DNA of 64,000 nucleotides, taken from the NCBI GenBank assembly GCA_965200315.1, contig OZ241362.1, forward strand, positions 3,616,001 to 3,680,000, written 5' to 3'. Positions within the stretch are counted from its first letter, which is position 1. The number at the start of each line of letters is the position of its first letter. Shown in pieces: positions 25,010-34,985 of this stretch. A program made the translations under genes and the position numbers. The DNA is from Candidatus Latescibacterota bacterium. GTDB lineage: Bacteria; Latescibacterota; UBA2968; UBA8231. Under the pieces are notes generated by a model. That model made no database searches, was not told where the DNA came from, and worked only from the letters and a program-made list of their open reading frames with translations.

Positions 25010-26332
25010 ATGGAAATCGCGGCGCAAAAGACCGCTGACCTAGACTACAAGGTCGCCGACCTCGCGCTGGCCGAATGGGGCCGGCAGGAAATCATTCTCG
25101 CCGAGCAAGAGATGCCCGGGCTGATGGCTCTGCGCGAAGAGTATGAGGCGACCCAACCGCTCGCGGGTGCGCGGATCGCCGGCTCCTTGCATGCGACAAT
25201 TCAGACCGCCGTACTCGTCGAGACGCTTACCGCACTCGGGGCGCAAGTGCGCTGGTGCTCGTGCAACATCTTCTCGACCCAAGATCACGCGGCCGCGGCC
25301 CTCGCTGCCACCGGCATCCCGATCTTCGCTTGGAAGGGCGAGACCGAAGACGAGTACTGGTGGTGTACCGAGCAAACCCTGCGCTGGCCCGACGGCGCTG
25401 GCCCCAACCTTATCCTCGACGACGGCGGCGACCTGACCAAGTGGATCCACGAAAAGCACCCAGAGCTTTTGCCGGGCCTGCGCGGCATCTCCGAGGAGAC
25501 GACTACTGGCGTCCATCACCTCTACCAGATGCTCGAAGCCGGGACGCTCGCCGTGCCGGCGATCAATGTCAACGACAGCGTCACCAAGTCGAAGTTCGAC
25601 AACCTCTACGGCTGCCGCGAGTCCCTCGCCGACGGCATCAAGCGCGCTACCGACATAATGATCGCCGGCAAGGTCGTAGTGGTCGCTGGCTATGGCGATG
25701 TTGGCAAGGGATGCGCCGACGCCATGCGAGGCTTGGGGGCGCGGGTGATCGTCACCGAGATCGATCCGATCTGCGCGTTGCAAGCGGCCATGGAAGGATA
25801 CGAGGTCAAGAAGATGGACGACGCCATCGCCGAAGGCGATATCTTCGTCACGGCCACCGGGTGCCGCGACATCATTCGCATCGACCATATCGAGCGGATG
25901 AAAGACGGAGCCATCATCTGCAACATCGGCCACTTTGACGTCGAAATCCAAGTGGCCGAACTAGTGGGCTATCTCGGGATCGAGCGCGTTGAGATCAAAC
26001 CGCAAGTCGATAAGTTCACCTTTCCCGATGGACGCAGCGTCATCCTGTTGGCCGAGGGCCGCTTGGTCAATTTAGGCTGCGCCACCGGGCACCCCTCTTT
26101 TGTCATGTCCAATTCGTTTACCAACCAAGTCTTGGCACAGATTGAGTTGCACATCCGCCACGAACAATACCCGGTCGGCGTGTACATGTTGCCCAAGCAC
26201 CTCGACGAGAAGGTGGCGCGGCTCCATCTGCAAAAGCTAGGAGTCGAAATCGACTCACTAGACGACGACCAAGCCGCGTATTTGGGAATCCCGGTGGAAG
26301 GCCCGTACAAGCCGGAGCACTATCGCTACTAG
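25010..26332 (+). CDS. ahcY: S-adenosylhomocysteine hydrolase
   Basis: [48 protein letters not shown]. Confidence 0.98.
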   Translation: MEIAAQKTADLDYKVADLALAEWGRQEIILAEQEMPGLMALREEYEATQPLAGARIAGSLHATIQTAVLVETLTALGAQVRWCSCNIFSTQDHAAAALAATGIPIFAWKGETEDEYWWCTEQTLRWPDGAGPNLILDDGGDLTKWIHEKHPELLPGLRGISEETTTGVHHLYQMLEAGTLAVPAINVNDSVTKSKFDNLYGCRESLADGIKRATDIMIAGKVVVVAGYGDVGKGCADAMRGLGARVIVTEIDPICALQAAMEGYEVKKMDDAIAEGDIFVTATGCRDIIRIDHIERMKDGAIICNIGHFDVEIQVAELVGYLGIERVEIKPQVDKFTFPDGRSVILLAEGRLVNLGCATGHPSFVMSNSFTNQVLAQIELHIRHEQYPVGVYMLPKHLDEKVARLHLQKLGVEIDSLDDDQAAYLGIPVEGPYKPEHYRY

Positions 26333-26345
26333 CAACTAGCATCCC

Positions 26346-27398
26346 ATGAACGTCGCCGTCCTGCTATCCGGCGGGGTCGATAGCTCGTTGGGCCTCGCGC
26401 TACTCCAGCGCGAAAAGCGGTTCACCCTCAAAGCCTACTACCTCAAAATCTGGCTAGAGGACGAGCTGTTCTCGCTCGGCGACTGCCCGTGGGAAACGGA
26501 TTTGACCTACGCCAGCGCCACCTGCGAACAGCTCGGGGTGCCGCTCGAAGTCGTGCCGCTGCAAAGCGAGTATCGGCAGCGGATCGTCGAGTACGCGTTG
26601 GCCGAGCTGCGCTTGGGGCGCACGCCCAGCCCGGACATCTGGTGCAACCAGCGCGTCAAATTCGGAGCCTTTTATCAGCGGGTGGCTGGCGAGTGCGAGC
26701 AAATTGCCTCCGGGCACTACGCCCGCGTCGAGCAGGTCGCGGGCAGCTATCGGCTCCGGCGCGCGGCCGATCCGGTCAAAGACCAGACCTATTTCCTCTC
26801 CAGCCTGAGTCAAGCGCAACTCGCTCGGCTCTGCTTGCCCATCGGCCACCTGCACAAGCACCAAGTGCGCGCACTCGCCGCAGAATTCGACCTGCCAGCC
26901 AAGGATCGCCCCGACAGCCAGGGTATATGCTTCTTGGGCAAGATCAACTACCGGGATTTCGTCCGCTTTCACTTGGGAGAGGTCCAAGGCGACATCGTCG
27001 AGCAAGCGAGCGGAAAAAAGAAGGGCCAGCACCCCGGCTATTGGTTCTATACCATTGGCCAGCGGCACGGCCTGCAACTCGGCGGCGGTCCCTGGTATGT
27101 GGTTGACAAAGACATCGCCAACAACATCGTGTACATCGCCCACGGCAGCGCGCCGACGCGAGCCGGACGTCGCGAGCTGATCGCCGAACAAATCCATTGG
27201 ATCGCCGGCGCACCGGAGCACGGTGCGCTCCACGTCAAGCTCCGGCACGGGCCAGCCCTAGTGCCCTGTCAGGTGCAAATGCTCGCGCCGGATCGCGCCC
27301 ACGTCGCTTTGGCCACGCCCGACCCCGGCATTGCTCCGGGCCAGCACGCCGTGTTCTACGACGGTGAAGTTTGCCTTGGCGGCGGCGTCATCGCCTAG
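26346..27398 (+). CDS. mnmA: tRNA 2-thiouridylase
   Basis: SGGVDSS, GRTPSPD..CN..VKF, SGHYA, KDQTYFL, DSQGICF. Confidence 0.97.
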   Translation: MNVAVLLSGGVDSSLGLALLQREKRFTLKAYYLKIWLEDELFSLGDCPWETDLTYASATCEQLGVPLEVVPLQSEYRQRIVEYALAELRLGRTPSPDIWCNQRVKFGAFYQRVAGECEQIASGHYARVEQVAGSYRLRRAADPVKDQTYFLSSLSQAQLARLCLPIGHLHKHQVRALAAEFDLPAKDRPDSQGICFLGKINYRDFVRFHLGEVQGDIVEQASGKKKGQHPGYWFYTIGQRHGLQLGGGPWYVVDKDIANNIVYIAHGSAPTRAGRRELIAEQIHWIAGAPEHGALHVKLRHGPALVPCQVQMLAPDRAHVALATPDPGIAPGQHAVFYDGEVCLGGGVIA

Positions 27399-28359
27399 GG
27401 CTAGCTCTAGCTCGACATCGCAGCCGACGATCATCCACATCCCTCGCCACCTCAACCATCACCTTAAGCGCCTCGTGCTCATCGGGCTTCTGTTTCAATC
27501 CCCACGATGAACCCATGATCTTGTCGCAAAAGGCACCCGCAAACATCCGCTCCTCGTTTTCCCCCAGCACATCGCTAAAAATCGCTACCGCCTCAAGCAG
27601 GAGCTCCCGCTTCTCCGCCGCGGTCTCGCCAAATCCCATCGCGTTGTTGATAAACCGGCCAACGTCCAGACACGAGGCCCCGATAACGCCCTTCGGATCA
27701 ATCGCCATCCAGCCGCGGTCTGCGTCGGACAGAATGTTCCAGTGATGAAGGTCGCCGTGCAGCAGTATCTGGGGTTCATCCGGTTCCATCAGGATTCCCA
27801 TCATGGACTCCACGCGCGGAATCTGCTCGATATAGCCCTGCGCTCGCGCGAAATTTTTGCAGCTTCTAGCGTCCGCAAATGCACTGTGCATCCAATCCAT
27901 AAAGTGCGGCAGTGCGTGATTCGACGGCGGCGGGGTCGCGTGTAAATCCCGAAGGATACGCGCCGCAATCTCGCTTTGCTCGTGCGCGTCCTCAACAGAA
28001 TCTAGCATCCTGCCCGGACGCAGTCGTTCGAGCAGCACGGCGTTGAGCACTTTGTCGCAGTCGATGAGCCGATTGATCCCACGGCCCTCGTAGATTGCCA
28101 ACGCTTCCATCTCCGCGCTGAAATCGCCGTGTGGGACGCCCACCTTGAGCACGGCCTCTGCTCCATTTTCCATCTCGACGTAGGCGATATAGTTGACCTT
28201 AATCTCCTCAGTCGGTCGGCCGAGTGTCAGGCCCCACTTGTCGCAGCACCGCACGAGAATGGACGGCAATTCCCCAAGCCATGCTTCGCCTTCTCTGCCA
28301 AATTCTCGGGTCGCGTATCGCAGGAATCGCTCGGGAAACTGCGGAGCATCGATCGGCAT
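27388..28359 (-). CDS. APH(6)/hydroxyurea phosphotransferase-like kinase
   Basis: AVLKV, LLERL.PG, LLHGDLHHWNIL, AIDPKG. Confidence 0.85.
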   Translation of the reverse strand: MPIDAPQFPERFLRYATREFGREGEAWLGELPSILVRCCDKWGLTLGRPTEEIKVNYIAYVEMENGAEAVLKVGVPHGDFSAEMEALAIYEGRGINRLIDCDKVLNAVLLERLRPGRMLDSVEDAHEQSEIAARILRDLHATPPPSNHALPHFMDWMHSAFADARSCKNFARAQGYIEQIPRVESMMGILMEPDEPQILLHGDLHHWNILSDADRGWMAIDPKGVIGASCLDVGRFINNAMGFGETAAEKRELLLEAVAIFSDVLGENEERMFAGAFCDKIMGSSWGLKQKPDEHEALKVMVEVARDVDDRRLRCRARASPRR

Positions 28360-28391
28360 CTATCGCGTTTCTTTACAAAGCAATCAACGCG

Positions 28392-29249
28392 CTACCTGAG
28401 AAACATCTCGCCGGTGAAGGGCAAAGGCTTGTTTGGACGCTCGTAGTGAATCTGTTTAGGCGTCTTTTCGAGCGCGGCGGCCCATTGGTCGCGCCAGTCT
28501 TCATAGACGGTCTCCGAGGCGGGCTCGCGCCGGCTGCGGGCGATGAGACTAGGCCACTCTGGCCGTGGAGAAGGCTCGCCCGTTTTCTGGTAGCGCAGAT
28601 CCATGCTCCAACGCACGACGTTGGTGTTGTTCGGCCCTGAGCCGTGGGGCGTCAGTTTGTGGACGAACAGAACGTCTCCCTTCTGCATGGGTAGGCTAAC
28701 CCGCTCGGTCTGGGGCAAGTCCTGTCCGTACCTCCAATAGACCATGCGCCGCTGGTGGACCCGAGGCTGGACCTGCAAGCAGCCATTTTCTTCGGTTGAC
28801 TCGACTAGGGGAATCCAAACGGTCACCTGTAGAATACCCTGTGCTTGTTGGGTGGTAAACACGGCATCCTGATGAAAAACTACATCTGTTGACGGCATCT
28901 TGGGCCGGACGTGCGACACAGCATTGCAGGTAATCTCTGGGCCGACAAACGGCTCAATCAGATCGACGAGGTTCTGATTGCGCAAAAACTCAAAGGTGCC
29001 GCGGCGGCGGGTTTCCCCTATATCGGGACAGCCATCAACCTCGTCGCACTCTTCGGCGAGGCAGGCTAAGCGGCGCGCAAAAGGCTCGGCTTCGTAGAGA
29101 TTGGCGACCTTGCCTTGGCCGTGTAGATCGCGGGCGATTTCATCGACGATGATAATGTGATCCTCGATGAGCGGCGCGAGATCGGCGTCGGTAAGCCCTC
29201 CTTTGATAATGACATACCCTTCTTCCTCAAAAAAGTCGAGCTCTTTCAC
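28392..29249 (-). CDS. Phytanoyl-CoA dioxygenase (PhyH) family protein
   Basis: AGGAGG RBS before GTG 29249; FHQD, WIPL...ENGCL, HGSGPN, RWSMDLRY. Confidence 0.88.
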   Translation of the reverse strand: MKELDFFEEEGYVIIKGGLTDADLAPLIEDHIIIVDEIARDLHGQGKVANLYEAEPFARRLACLAEECDEVDGCPDIGETRRRGTFEFLRNQNLVDLIEPFVGPEITCNAVSHVRPKMPSTDVVFHQDAVFTTQQAQGILQVTVWIPLVESTEENGCLQVQPRVHQRRMVYWRYGQDLPQTERVSLPMQKGDVLFVHKLTPHGSGPNNTNVVRWSMDLRYQKTGEPSPRPEWPSLIARSRREPASETVYEDWRDQWAAALEKTPKQIHYERPNKPLPFTGEMFLR

Positions 29250-29397
29250 GGTTGACCTCCTGTTGTCCAAATTTCCCTTGTTATAACGACCTGACTGCCG
29301 AGAAACAAGGCCCGGCGGCCGGCGCACCTCGACTTGTAAAGGTCTTGGATTGCCGCTAGAATAAAAGCCACACTTCCTCTCTAACAAAGACCACGGC

Positions 29398-30525
29398 ATG
29401 TTTGCGCTGATTTTTTTATTCCTGCTCGGCTCGGTCTACGGCTATTCGGGCTGGCGGCTCATCCCCCATCTCCCTCCACCCGCACAGGTCGGTGCCTCAC
29501 TGGCGTTGGTGCTCCTACTGTTGACGCCCTTATTGCTCTTTCGCCTGCGCTCCCATCCGCATCTCGCTTGGCTGACGGATCCCCTCGCTTGGGTCGCTTA
29601 TCTCGGCATGGGCTTTTTCACCGTTTGCTCGACGCTGCTGGTCCTGCGCGATATCGGAGGACTGCTCCTGGGCCTAGTCTATCCCATCGGCGCGACGCTC
29701 AACGCCCGCATCGACTTGGCAACCTTCGCCCTCGCCTTGGTCGCGGCGAGCTACGGCTACTACCAAGCACACCGCACGCCAGCGGTCTGCCGAGTCGAGG
29801 TCCCTATTGCGAACCTTCCGCCCTCGCTAGTCGGACTGCGCATCGTCCAGCTCAGCGATCTCCACATCGGCCCGACCATCAAGGCCCCTTTTGTGGAGCG
29901 CGTTGTCGCCCGCGTCAACGAACTGCAACCCGACCTAATCGCCTTCACCGGCGACCTCGCCGACGGGCCGGTTGAACGACTCGCCCCCCATACAGCCGCC
30001 CTAGCCGAACTCACCGCGCCGCTCGGAGTTTATTTTTGCACTGGCAACCACGAATACTATTCGGGCGTGGAAAGCTGGACCGAGCAGGCGCGCCGCCTCG
30101 GCTTCGACGTCTTGCTCAACGAGGTGCGCCAAATCAACCGCGGAGGTGGGCGAATAGCCTTAGCCGGCGCGACCGACTTCAGCGCCGGCGAGCTAGTCCC
30201 CGACCACGCATCGGACCCGGCCAAAGCTCTTGCCGACAGCGACGGAGCCGATGTGCGCATCCTGCTCGCGCACCAGCCGCGCAGCATCGAGGCTGCCAGC
30301 CAAGCCGACTGCCACCTGCAACTGTCGGGCCACACCCACGGCGGCCAGTTCGTGCCGTGGAAGTACGCCATTCCCCTGCAACAGCCCTATGTCGCGGGCC
30401 TACACAAATTTCGCGACACTTGGATCTACGTCCACCGAGGCACCGGCTATTGGGGGCCGCCGCTGCGGCTCGGTGCCCCTTCCGAAATCGCGCTCCTCAC
30501 CCTGAGCCGGGCCGCGTCGGCATGA
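29398..30525 (+). CDS. Membrane-anchored metallophosphoesterase (YkuE-like)
   Basis: SDLH, GDLAD, GNHE, LAHQP, SGHTHGGQ. Confidence 0.92.
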   Translation: MFALIFLFLLGSVYGYSGWRLIPHLPPPAQVGASLALVLLLLTPLLLFRLRSHPHLAWLTDPLAWVAYLGMGFFTVCSTLLVLRDIGGLLLGLVYPIGATLNARIDLATFALALVAASYGYYQAHRTPAVCRVEVPIANLPPSLVGLRIVQLSDLHIGPTIKAPFVERVVARVNELQPDLIAFTGDLADGPVERLAPHTAALAELTAPLGVYFCTGNHEYYSGVESWTEQARRLGFDVLLNEVRQINRGGGRIALAGATDFSAGELVPDHASDPAKALADSDGADVRILLAHQPRSIEAASQADCHLQLSGHTHGGQFVPWKYAIPLQQPYVAGLHKFRDTWIYVHRGTGYWGPPLRLGAPSEIALLTLSRAASA

Positions 30526-30622
30526 AACCGCTAATTTTCTGCCGACAATCATCCCCTTGACACACTACAGATGCCACTTTTTATCCACCCTATCCGTCCG
30601 CGTCCATCCTTGGAGATGATCC

Positions 30623-31293
30623 ATGACTGCCAATGCCCAAGCTGTCTCGGCCGCAAACGGCCGCACGACCACCCCATTGCGCCTCATCGACTGCGACGAC
30701 ATCACACGCTGCCCAACGACAAAGCCCTCTTTCCCTATTTGCCGCGTCACTATGTCGAGCGCATTGAGGACTTCGGCCTGCCATTGAGCATCCACTTTGG
30801 GGGTGAAGGGTCCGGCATTGCCGCGCCGCCCACGGCCGCGGGATACCCCTCGCACTATCTGGAGATGCGCATGGCCCGGCCGCAGATCGCCATGGCGCAT
30901 ACGGTCAGCTTCATCTGCGAGGGCGTCTTTGAAAAATTCCCCGATTTTCGCGTCCTCTTCATCGAGCACGATGTGTTCTGGGTCCCGGGGTTGATGTGGC
31001 ACATGGATTCCGACTGGAAGGGCCTGCGCGATTATACGCCATGGGTCAAGCGCCTGCCCAGCGAGTATTTGCGGCAGCACATCCGCTTTGGCACCCAGCC
31101 CATGATCCAGCCGCCCACGCGCGACGACATGAAGCGCTTTTTGGAGTGGCTGCACGCCGATGAGGTCCTAATTTTCGCCAGCGATTATCCGCACTGGGAC
31201 TGGGACGAGCCAACGGGTTTTCTCGCCGATTTTGACGCGGCCTATCGCCACCGCATCATGGCGCAAAACGCCGCGGAACTCTATGGCTTCTAA
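30623..31293 (+). pseudogene. Amidohydrolase_2-fold gene with frameshift and large internal deletion
   Basis: RBS and ATG 30623 read ...LIDCD, then the frame shifts to HHTLP; EDFG joins directly to LPLSIHFGG; C-terminal FASDYPHWD intact. Confidence 0.7.
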
Positions 31294-31642
31294 ACGCTAT
31301 GTGGTCGCCCGGGCCGAGGACCTGCCCGCTGGAGCACGCAAGATCGTCAGCGTAGGCAATAGAGAGATCGGCGTCTTTAATATCGAGGGCCGCTACTACG
31401 CCCTGCGCAACAGCTGTCCGCACAAAAGCGGTCCCTTGTGCCAAGGCCGGTTGCGGCCCTTGGTCGTGTCGCTGGGCGTGTACCAAATCGACTATCAGCA
31501 AGAGAGCCTAGTGCTCAAGTGCCCTTGGCACCAGTGGGAATTCGACTTGGCCACCGGGCAGGCGCTGTACGACGAGACCATGCGGGTGAAGACGTACGAG
31601 GTAGGGCGCGAGGGGGAGGAAGTGGTCGTGTACGTGGGGTAA
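31283..31642 (+). CDS. Rieske [2Fe-2S] ferredoxin
   Basis: CPHKSGPL and CPWHQWEFDL. Confidence 0.92.
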   Translation: MASKRYVVARAEDLPAGARKIVSVGNREIGVFNIEGRYYALRNSCPHKSGPLCQGRLRPLVVSLGVYQIDYQQESLVLKCPWHQWEFDLATGQALYDETMRVKTYEVGREGEEVVVYVG

Positions 31643-31737
31643 CGCCGGGGATTGGGCTCGGATGAGGGCGGCCTATTAGCCGGTTGTGAGCCGTCGCCGC
31701 CCTTGTTAATTTGCACGCCTCAAACAGGAGGACACAG

Positions 31738-32529
31738 ATGACCACAGCCCCACCCGCTACCCAACTCCACAAAGCACTGGACCAAGAACAGATCGACCAA
31801 TTCCGCCGGCGCGGCTTCATCGTCATCGGCAAGCTGCTAGACGACCCTCTCATCGCCTTGCTACGCGATGAATACGACCGCCTCTTTGCCGCGGCGCGCC
31901 AGAACGGGCGCTTCCGCAACCTGTCCATCAGCGACACCGACGACCTCCGCGAAAAGAACAACGCCGACGAGCAGATGTTGCAGATCATGCAGATGTGCGA
32001 GCGCAGCATTCTATTCCGGCAACTGCTCTACGACACCCGCATCCTCGACATTGCCGAAGACCTCATCGGCCCGAATATCCAGCTCTTCCACGACCAAGCC
32101 CTCTACAAACCCGCCCATCACGGCGGCCCCGTCTTTTGGCACCAAGACAACGCCTACTGGAAATGTATGCCAGCCAACTTGGTTAGCTGCTGGATGACGC
32201 TCGACGACGTCGATGCGACCAACGGTGCCATGCACTTGTTGCCCGGCTCGCACCTGACGCCCGTCGGGCACGACCGCTCGGAGCAGACCAGTGCCTTGCT
32301 CGACTACGGCGACCAAGCCGATGCAGCTCAAGCCGCCGTCATAGACCTGCCCGCGGGCGGCGCACTCTTCCACCACTGCCAAACCCTCCACTACACTCCG
32401 CCGAACCAAACCGCTCGCCAGCGCCGCGCCTTTGTCATCCACTTCATGCCCCCTGGCACGCGCTCGGCGCACACCGGGCAATTTCTCGAAGTGTCTTTTG
32501 GGCGCCCCATGCTGAGGATGCGGGTCTGA
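31738..32529 (+). CDS. Phytanoyl-CoA dioxygenase (PhyH) family protein
   Basis: FWHQDNAYW, NGAM..LPGSH, HHCQTLH...N, RRA. Confidence 0.9.
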   Translation: MTTAPPATQLHKALDQEQIDQFRRRGFIVIGKLLDDPLIALLRDEYDRLFAAARQNGRFRNLSISDTDDLREKNNADEQMLQIMQMCERSILFRQLLYDTRILDIAEDLIGPNIQLFHDQALYKPAHHGGPVFWHQDNAYWKCMPANLVSCWMTLDDVDATNGAMHLLPGSHLTPVGHDRSEQTSALLDYGDQADAAQAAVIDLPAGGALFHHCQTLHYTPPNQTARQRRAFVIHFMPPGTRSAHTGQFLEVSFGRPMLRMRV

Positions 32530-32657
32530 TCGTTTGACGGAAGCGAGGCCGCACGGTTTCGTTGACTAGATCATAGACGATTCCGAAATTTAAGAACGTA
32601 CACGACGAGGGTATAAGCGGGCCATCCAGCATCCGCTATCACGCTTTGGAGACCACG

Positions 32658-33485
32658 ATGACGCTCATCCACACCACCGACGACCTGATCCGCCTGCTGA
32701 ACGAAAACGACGAGTTCCGTCAGGCCGTCCGCCGCCACGTCCTGAGCGATGAGCTGATTCAGCTACCCGAGCGGCTTGCCAAGTTTGAAACTCGCGTCGA
32801 GAGCTTTATTGACGAGCAGCAGCAGTTCAATAAAGAGCAGCGGCAGTTTAACCAGCGAATGGAGAGTTCCATCGGCGAATTGCGCGATACCGTAGCCCAA
32901 CATACAGACACCATCGGCGAACTGCGCGATACCGTAGCCCAACATACAGACGCCATCGGCGAACTGCGCGATACCGTAGCCCAACATACAGACACCATCG
33001 GCGAACTGCGCGATACCGTAGCCCAGCAAGGAAAAGCCATCAACCGGCAGACAGACGCCATCGGCGAACTGCGTGGCAAAGTAGCCCGGCAGGTGGTTGG
33101 TGTGCATTTCCTAGAGATCGCCGACGGTATGGGCTTCCTGTTTAAGGGGTTTTTGTCAAGGCTGGACCTCGGCCAATTGATTTTCCAACGCGAGACCGAC
33201 ATTCCCCAAAACGACCGGCGCAGCTTCTTTCGCGCCGATCTGGTCATAGAGGTCACGGACTCTGATGACGCTATCCACTACATCGCTGTCGAGGCTTCCT
33301 ATACGGCCGACGAACGCGATACGAGCCGGGCCCAACGCAACGCCACCATACTCACTCAGCTCACTGGGCACCCAGCCCACGCCGCTATTGCCAGCGTCCG
33401 CAACGTCCACGAAATCCAGGTGCTGATCGACGACGGCACCGTGTACTGGTACGCACTCGAACCCAACGATTTCACACCTGAGTAG
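32658..33485 (+). CDS. Coiled-coil repeat protein with C-terminal PD-(D/E)XK-like domain
   Basis: IGELRDTVAQHTD repeats; ADLVIE...AVEASYT..ERD..RA. Confidence 0.75.
   Translation: MTLIHTTDDLIRLLNENDEFRQAVRRHVLSDELIQLPERLAKFETRVESFIDEQQQFNKEQRQFNQRMESSIGELRDTVAQHTDTIGELRDTVAQHTDAIGELRDTVAQHTDTIGELRDTVAQQGKAINRQTDAIGELRGKVARQVVGVHFLEIADGMGFLFKGFLSRLDLGQLIFQRETDIPQNDRRSFFRADLVIEVTDSDDAIHYIAVEASYTADERDTSRAQRNATILTQLTGHPAHAAIASVRNVHEIQVLIDDGTVYWYALEPNDFTPE
32869..33024 (+). repeat. 42-bp coding tandem repeat, about 3.7 copies
   Basis: CCATCGGCGAA(T/C)TGCGCGATACCGTAGCCCAACATACAGAC(A/G) at 32869, 32911, 32953; partial copy at 32995. Confidence 0.92.
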
Positions 33486-33652
33486 CGGTCTAAACATTCC
33501 GGGTTGGGTCTCTCCAACCGCTGGGATCGAAGGCGTCTCGTCCGCGAAAAACGCGGGATGCTAAGGCCCTCGGCCGCGCCGCAAAGCAGCCCAACGAGGG
33601 TCTTCAGGCCGCTTCTGAGTAGGGCTATTCCCACCGCTAGACAGCGGCAGCG

Positions 33653-34378
33653 TCAGGCCAAATAGCGCTCGGGGCTTGCCACGACCTCAGCCAGCAGGGT
33701 ATCGACGTAGGCGTCTATGGCAAAAAGCCGGCACGGAGACGCGCCGACGAGGCCCCGTGTCAGCGGACCAGTAGCGTCCCAAAATTTTCCCAGACGCGGT
33801 CGGTCCAAGGCGGGATAAGCGGCTTGGGAATCGGTTCGGCGCAGGTGATGCCAGTAGAGCACTTCGACCAGATGGACGTAGGTAGAAGTCTGGTAATCAA
33901 CGCCCAGCATGAGGATTTTGCCACCGCGTCGATAGGCTCGGAACATGGGCGAATGGGTGCCATAGGTCCGTCCCCAAGGAGCCAGATCCCAAGACGACGT
34001 ATGGCCTTCTTGGCGCAAGTGATCCGCGACAAAATCCGCCGCGCCGCGCCCTCGGGCCGCCACCGAGTGAGAGTAGTGATCCGAACGATAGGTATCGGGC
34101 AAGCGGCGAAAGAACTCGGTCAGCCAGCCCACGGTCGAAGGAGTAGTAGCCCAGTCCCAGCGGTGCGCTCGTTCGCTCCGCTCTATCAGGTGAAACGAGG
34201 GCATCAGGATAAGCCCGTCGGGACCGACCGCCGCTTGCAGGGCATCAATCACAGTCTGCGCTCCGCCGGCGACAGGTCCCAAGCTTTTGAACGAGGAATG
34301 GACAAAGAGCATATTCCCGGCTTCGACGCCGAGGGCCTCTAAGTGATTCTGTAAGTCGGCTTGGGTATAGGCGTCCAT
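33653..34378 (-). CDS. Stand-alone AAC(3)-family N-acetyltransferase
   Basis: LFVHSSFKSLG.V.GGAQTVIDAL, VGWLTEFFR, RSDH.SHSVAARG, STYVHLVE. Confidence 0.88.
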   Translation of the reverse strand: MDAYTQADLQNHLEALGVEAGNMLFVHSSFKSLGPVAGGAQTVIDALQAAVGPDGLILMPSFHLIERSERAHRWDWATTPSTVGWLTEFFRRLPDTYRSDHYSHSVAARGRGAADFVADHLRQEGHTSSWDLAPWGRTYGTHSPMFRAYRRGGKILMLGVDYQTSTYVHLVEVLYWHHLRRTDSQAAYPALDRPRLGKFWDATGPLTRGLVGASPCRLFAIDAYVDTLLAEVVASPERYLA

Positions 34379-34431
34379 CGCAGTGCGCGGTTAGGCTTTG
34401 TCCAGACGTAGTCGAGGATAGCCGTTGCGGG

Positions 34432-34806
34432 TCACGAGCGGTCTTCTTCTAGGACGAATTGGCGGTCGCCTTCCGAGTAGGCCACGATCATATCCGCGTC
34501 TTCGGGACCGAGGCTAATTCCGTTGTGGAAGACGCCGGCTGGGATGGCGAGGGTATCGCCAGCTTTTAGCGTAAAAAACTCGTCGCCCAAGGTGTGCTCT
34601 ACGCGGCCGGCGAGCACATAGAGCACTTCTTCGCAATTGGGGTGGGCGTGGCGCGGATTGGCTTGACCGGCCTTGAGGACGACGCGGCCCAAGGTGAGGC
34701 CCTCGACATTGCCCTGCGGACGGCCCGCCAACCAAGTTAGATGTCCCCACGATTCGTCGATGCGATTCTGGCGGCTCTCGGCGGCGCTGAGAAGGGGGTT
34801 CGACAT
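34432..34806 (-). CDS. Cupin domain protein
   Basis: HAHPNCEE.LYVL.G and IPAGVFH. Confidence 0.9.
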   Translation of the reverse strand: MSNPLLSAAESRQNRIDESWGHLTWLAGRPQGNVEGLTLGRVVLKAGQANPRHAHPNCEEVLYVLAGRVEHTLGDEFFTLKAGDTLAIPAGVFHNGISLGPEDADMIVAYSEGDRQFVLEEDRS

Positions 34807-34985
34807 TTTGTTTAGGCTCCGGTTAGAGATGGGAAACGATAATGCGAAAAAGGCACCGAGCCGTCCAGAAGCAACCGCTGATCGGGAGCTATTCCTCGGC
34901 CCTATAATCGGCGTACCGTACTCACCTGAGTATCAATAATCGCCTTCTTTGACGGCCCTCCAGCCGTTGGGCATATTACCGCTCC

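Noticed and set aside
25040-25951. Long antisense ORFs (also 624-1397, 38221-39243, 44179-45063, 56767-57576)
   Set aside because: Shadow frames of well-supported GC-rich genes, with no motifs of their own
32869-33024. CRISPR array
   Set aside because: No spacers; in-frame coding repeat
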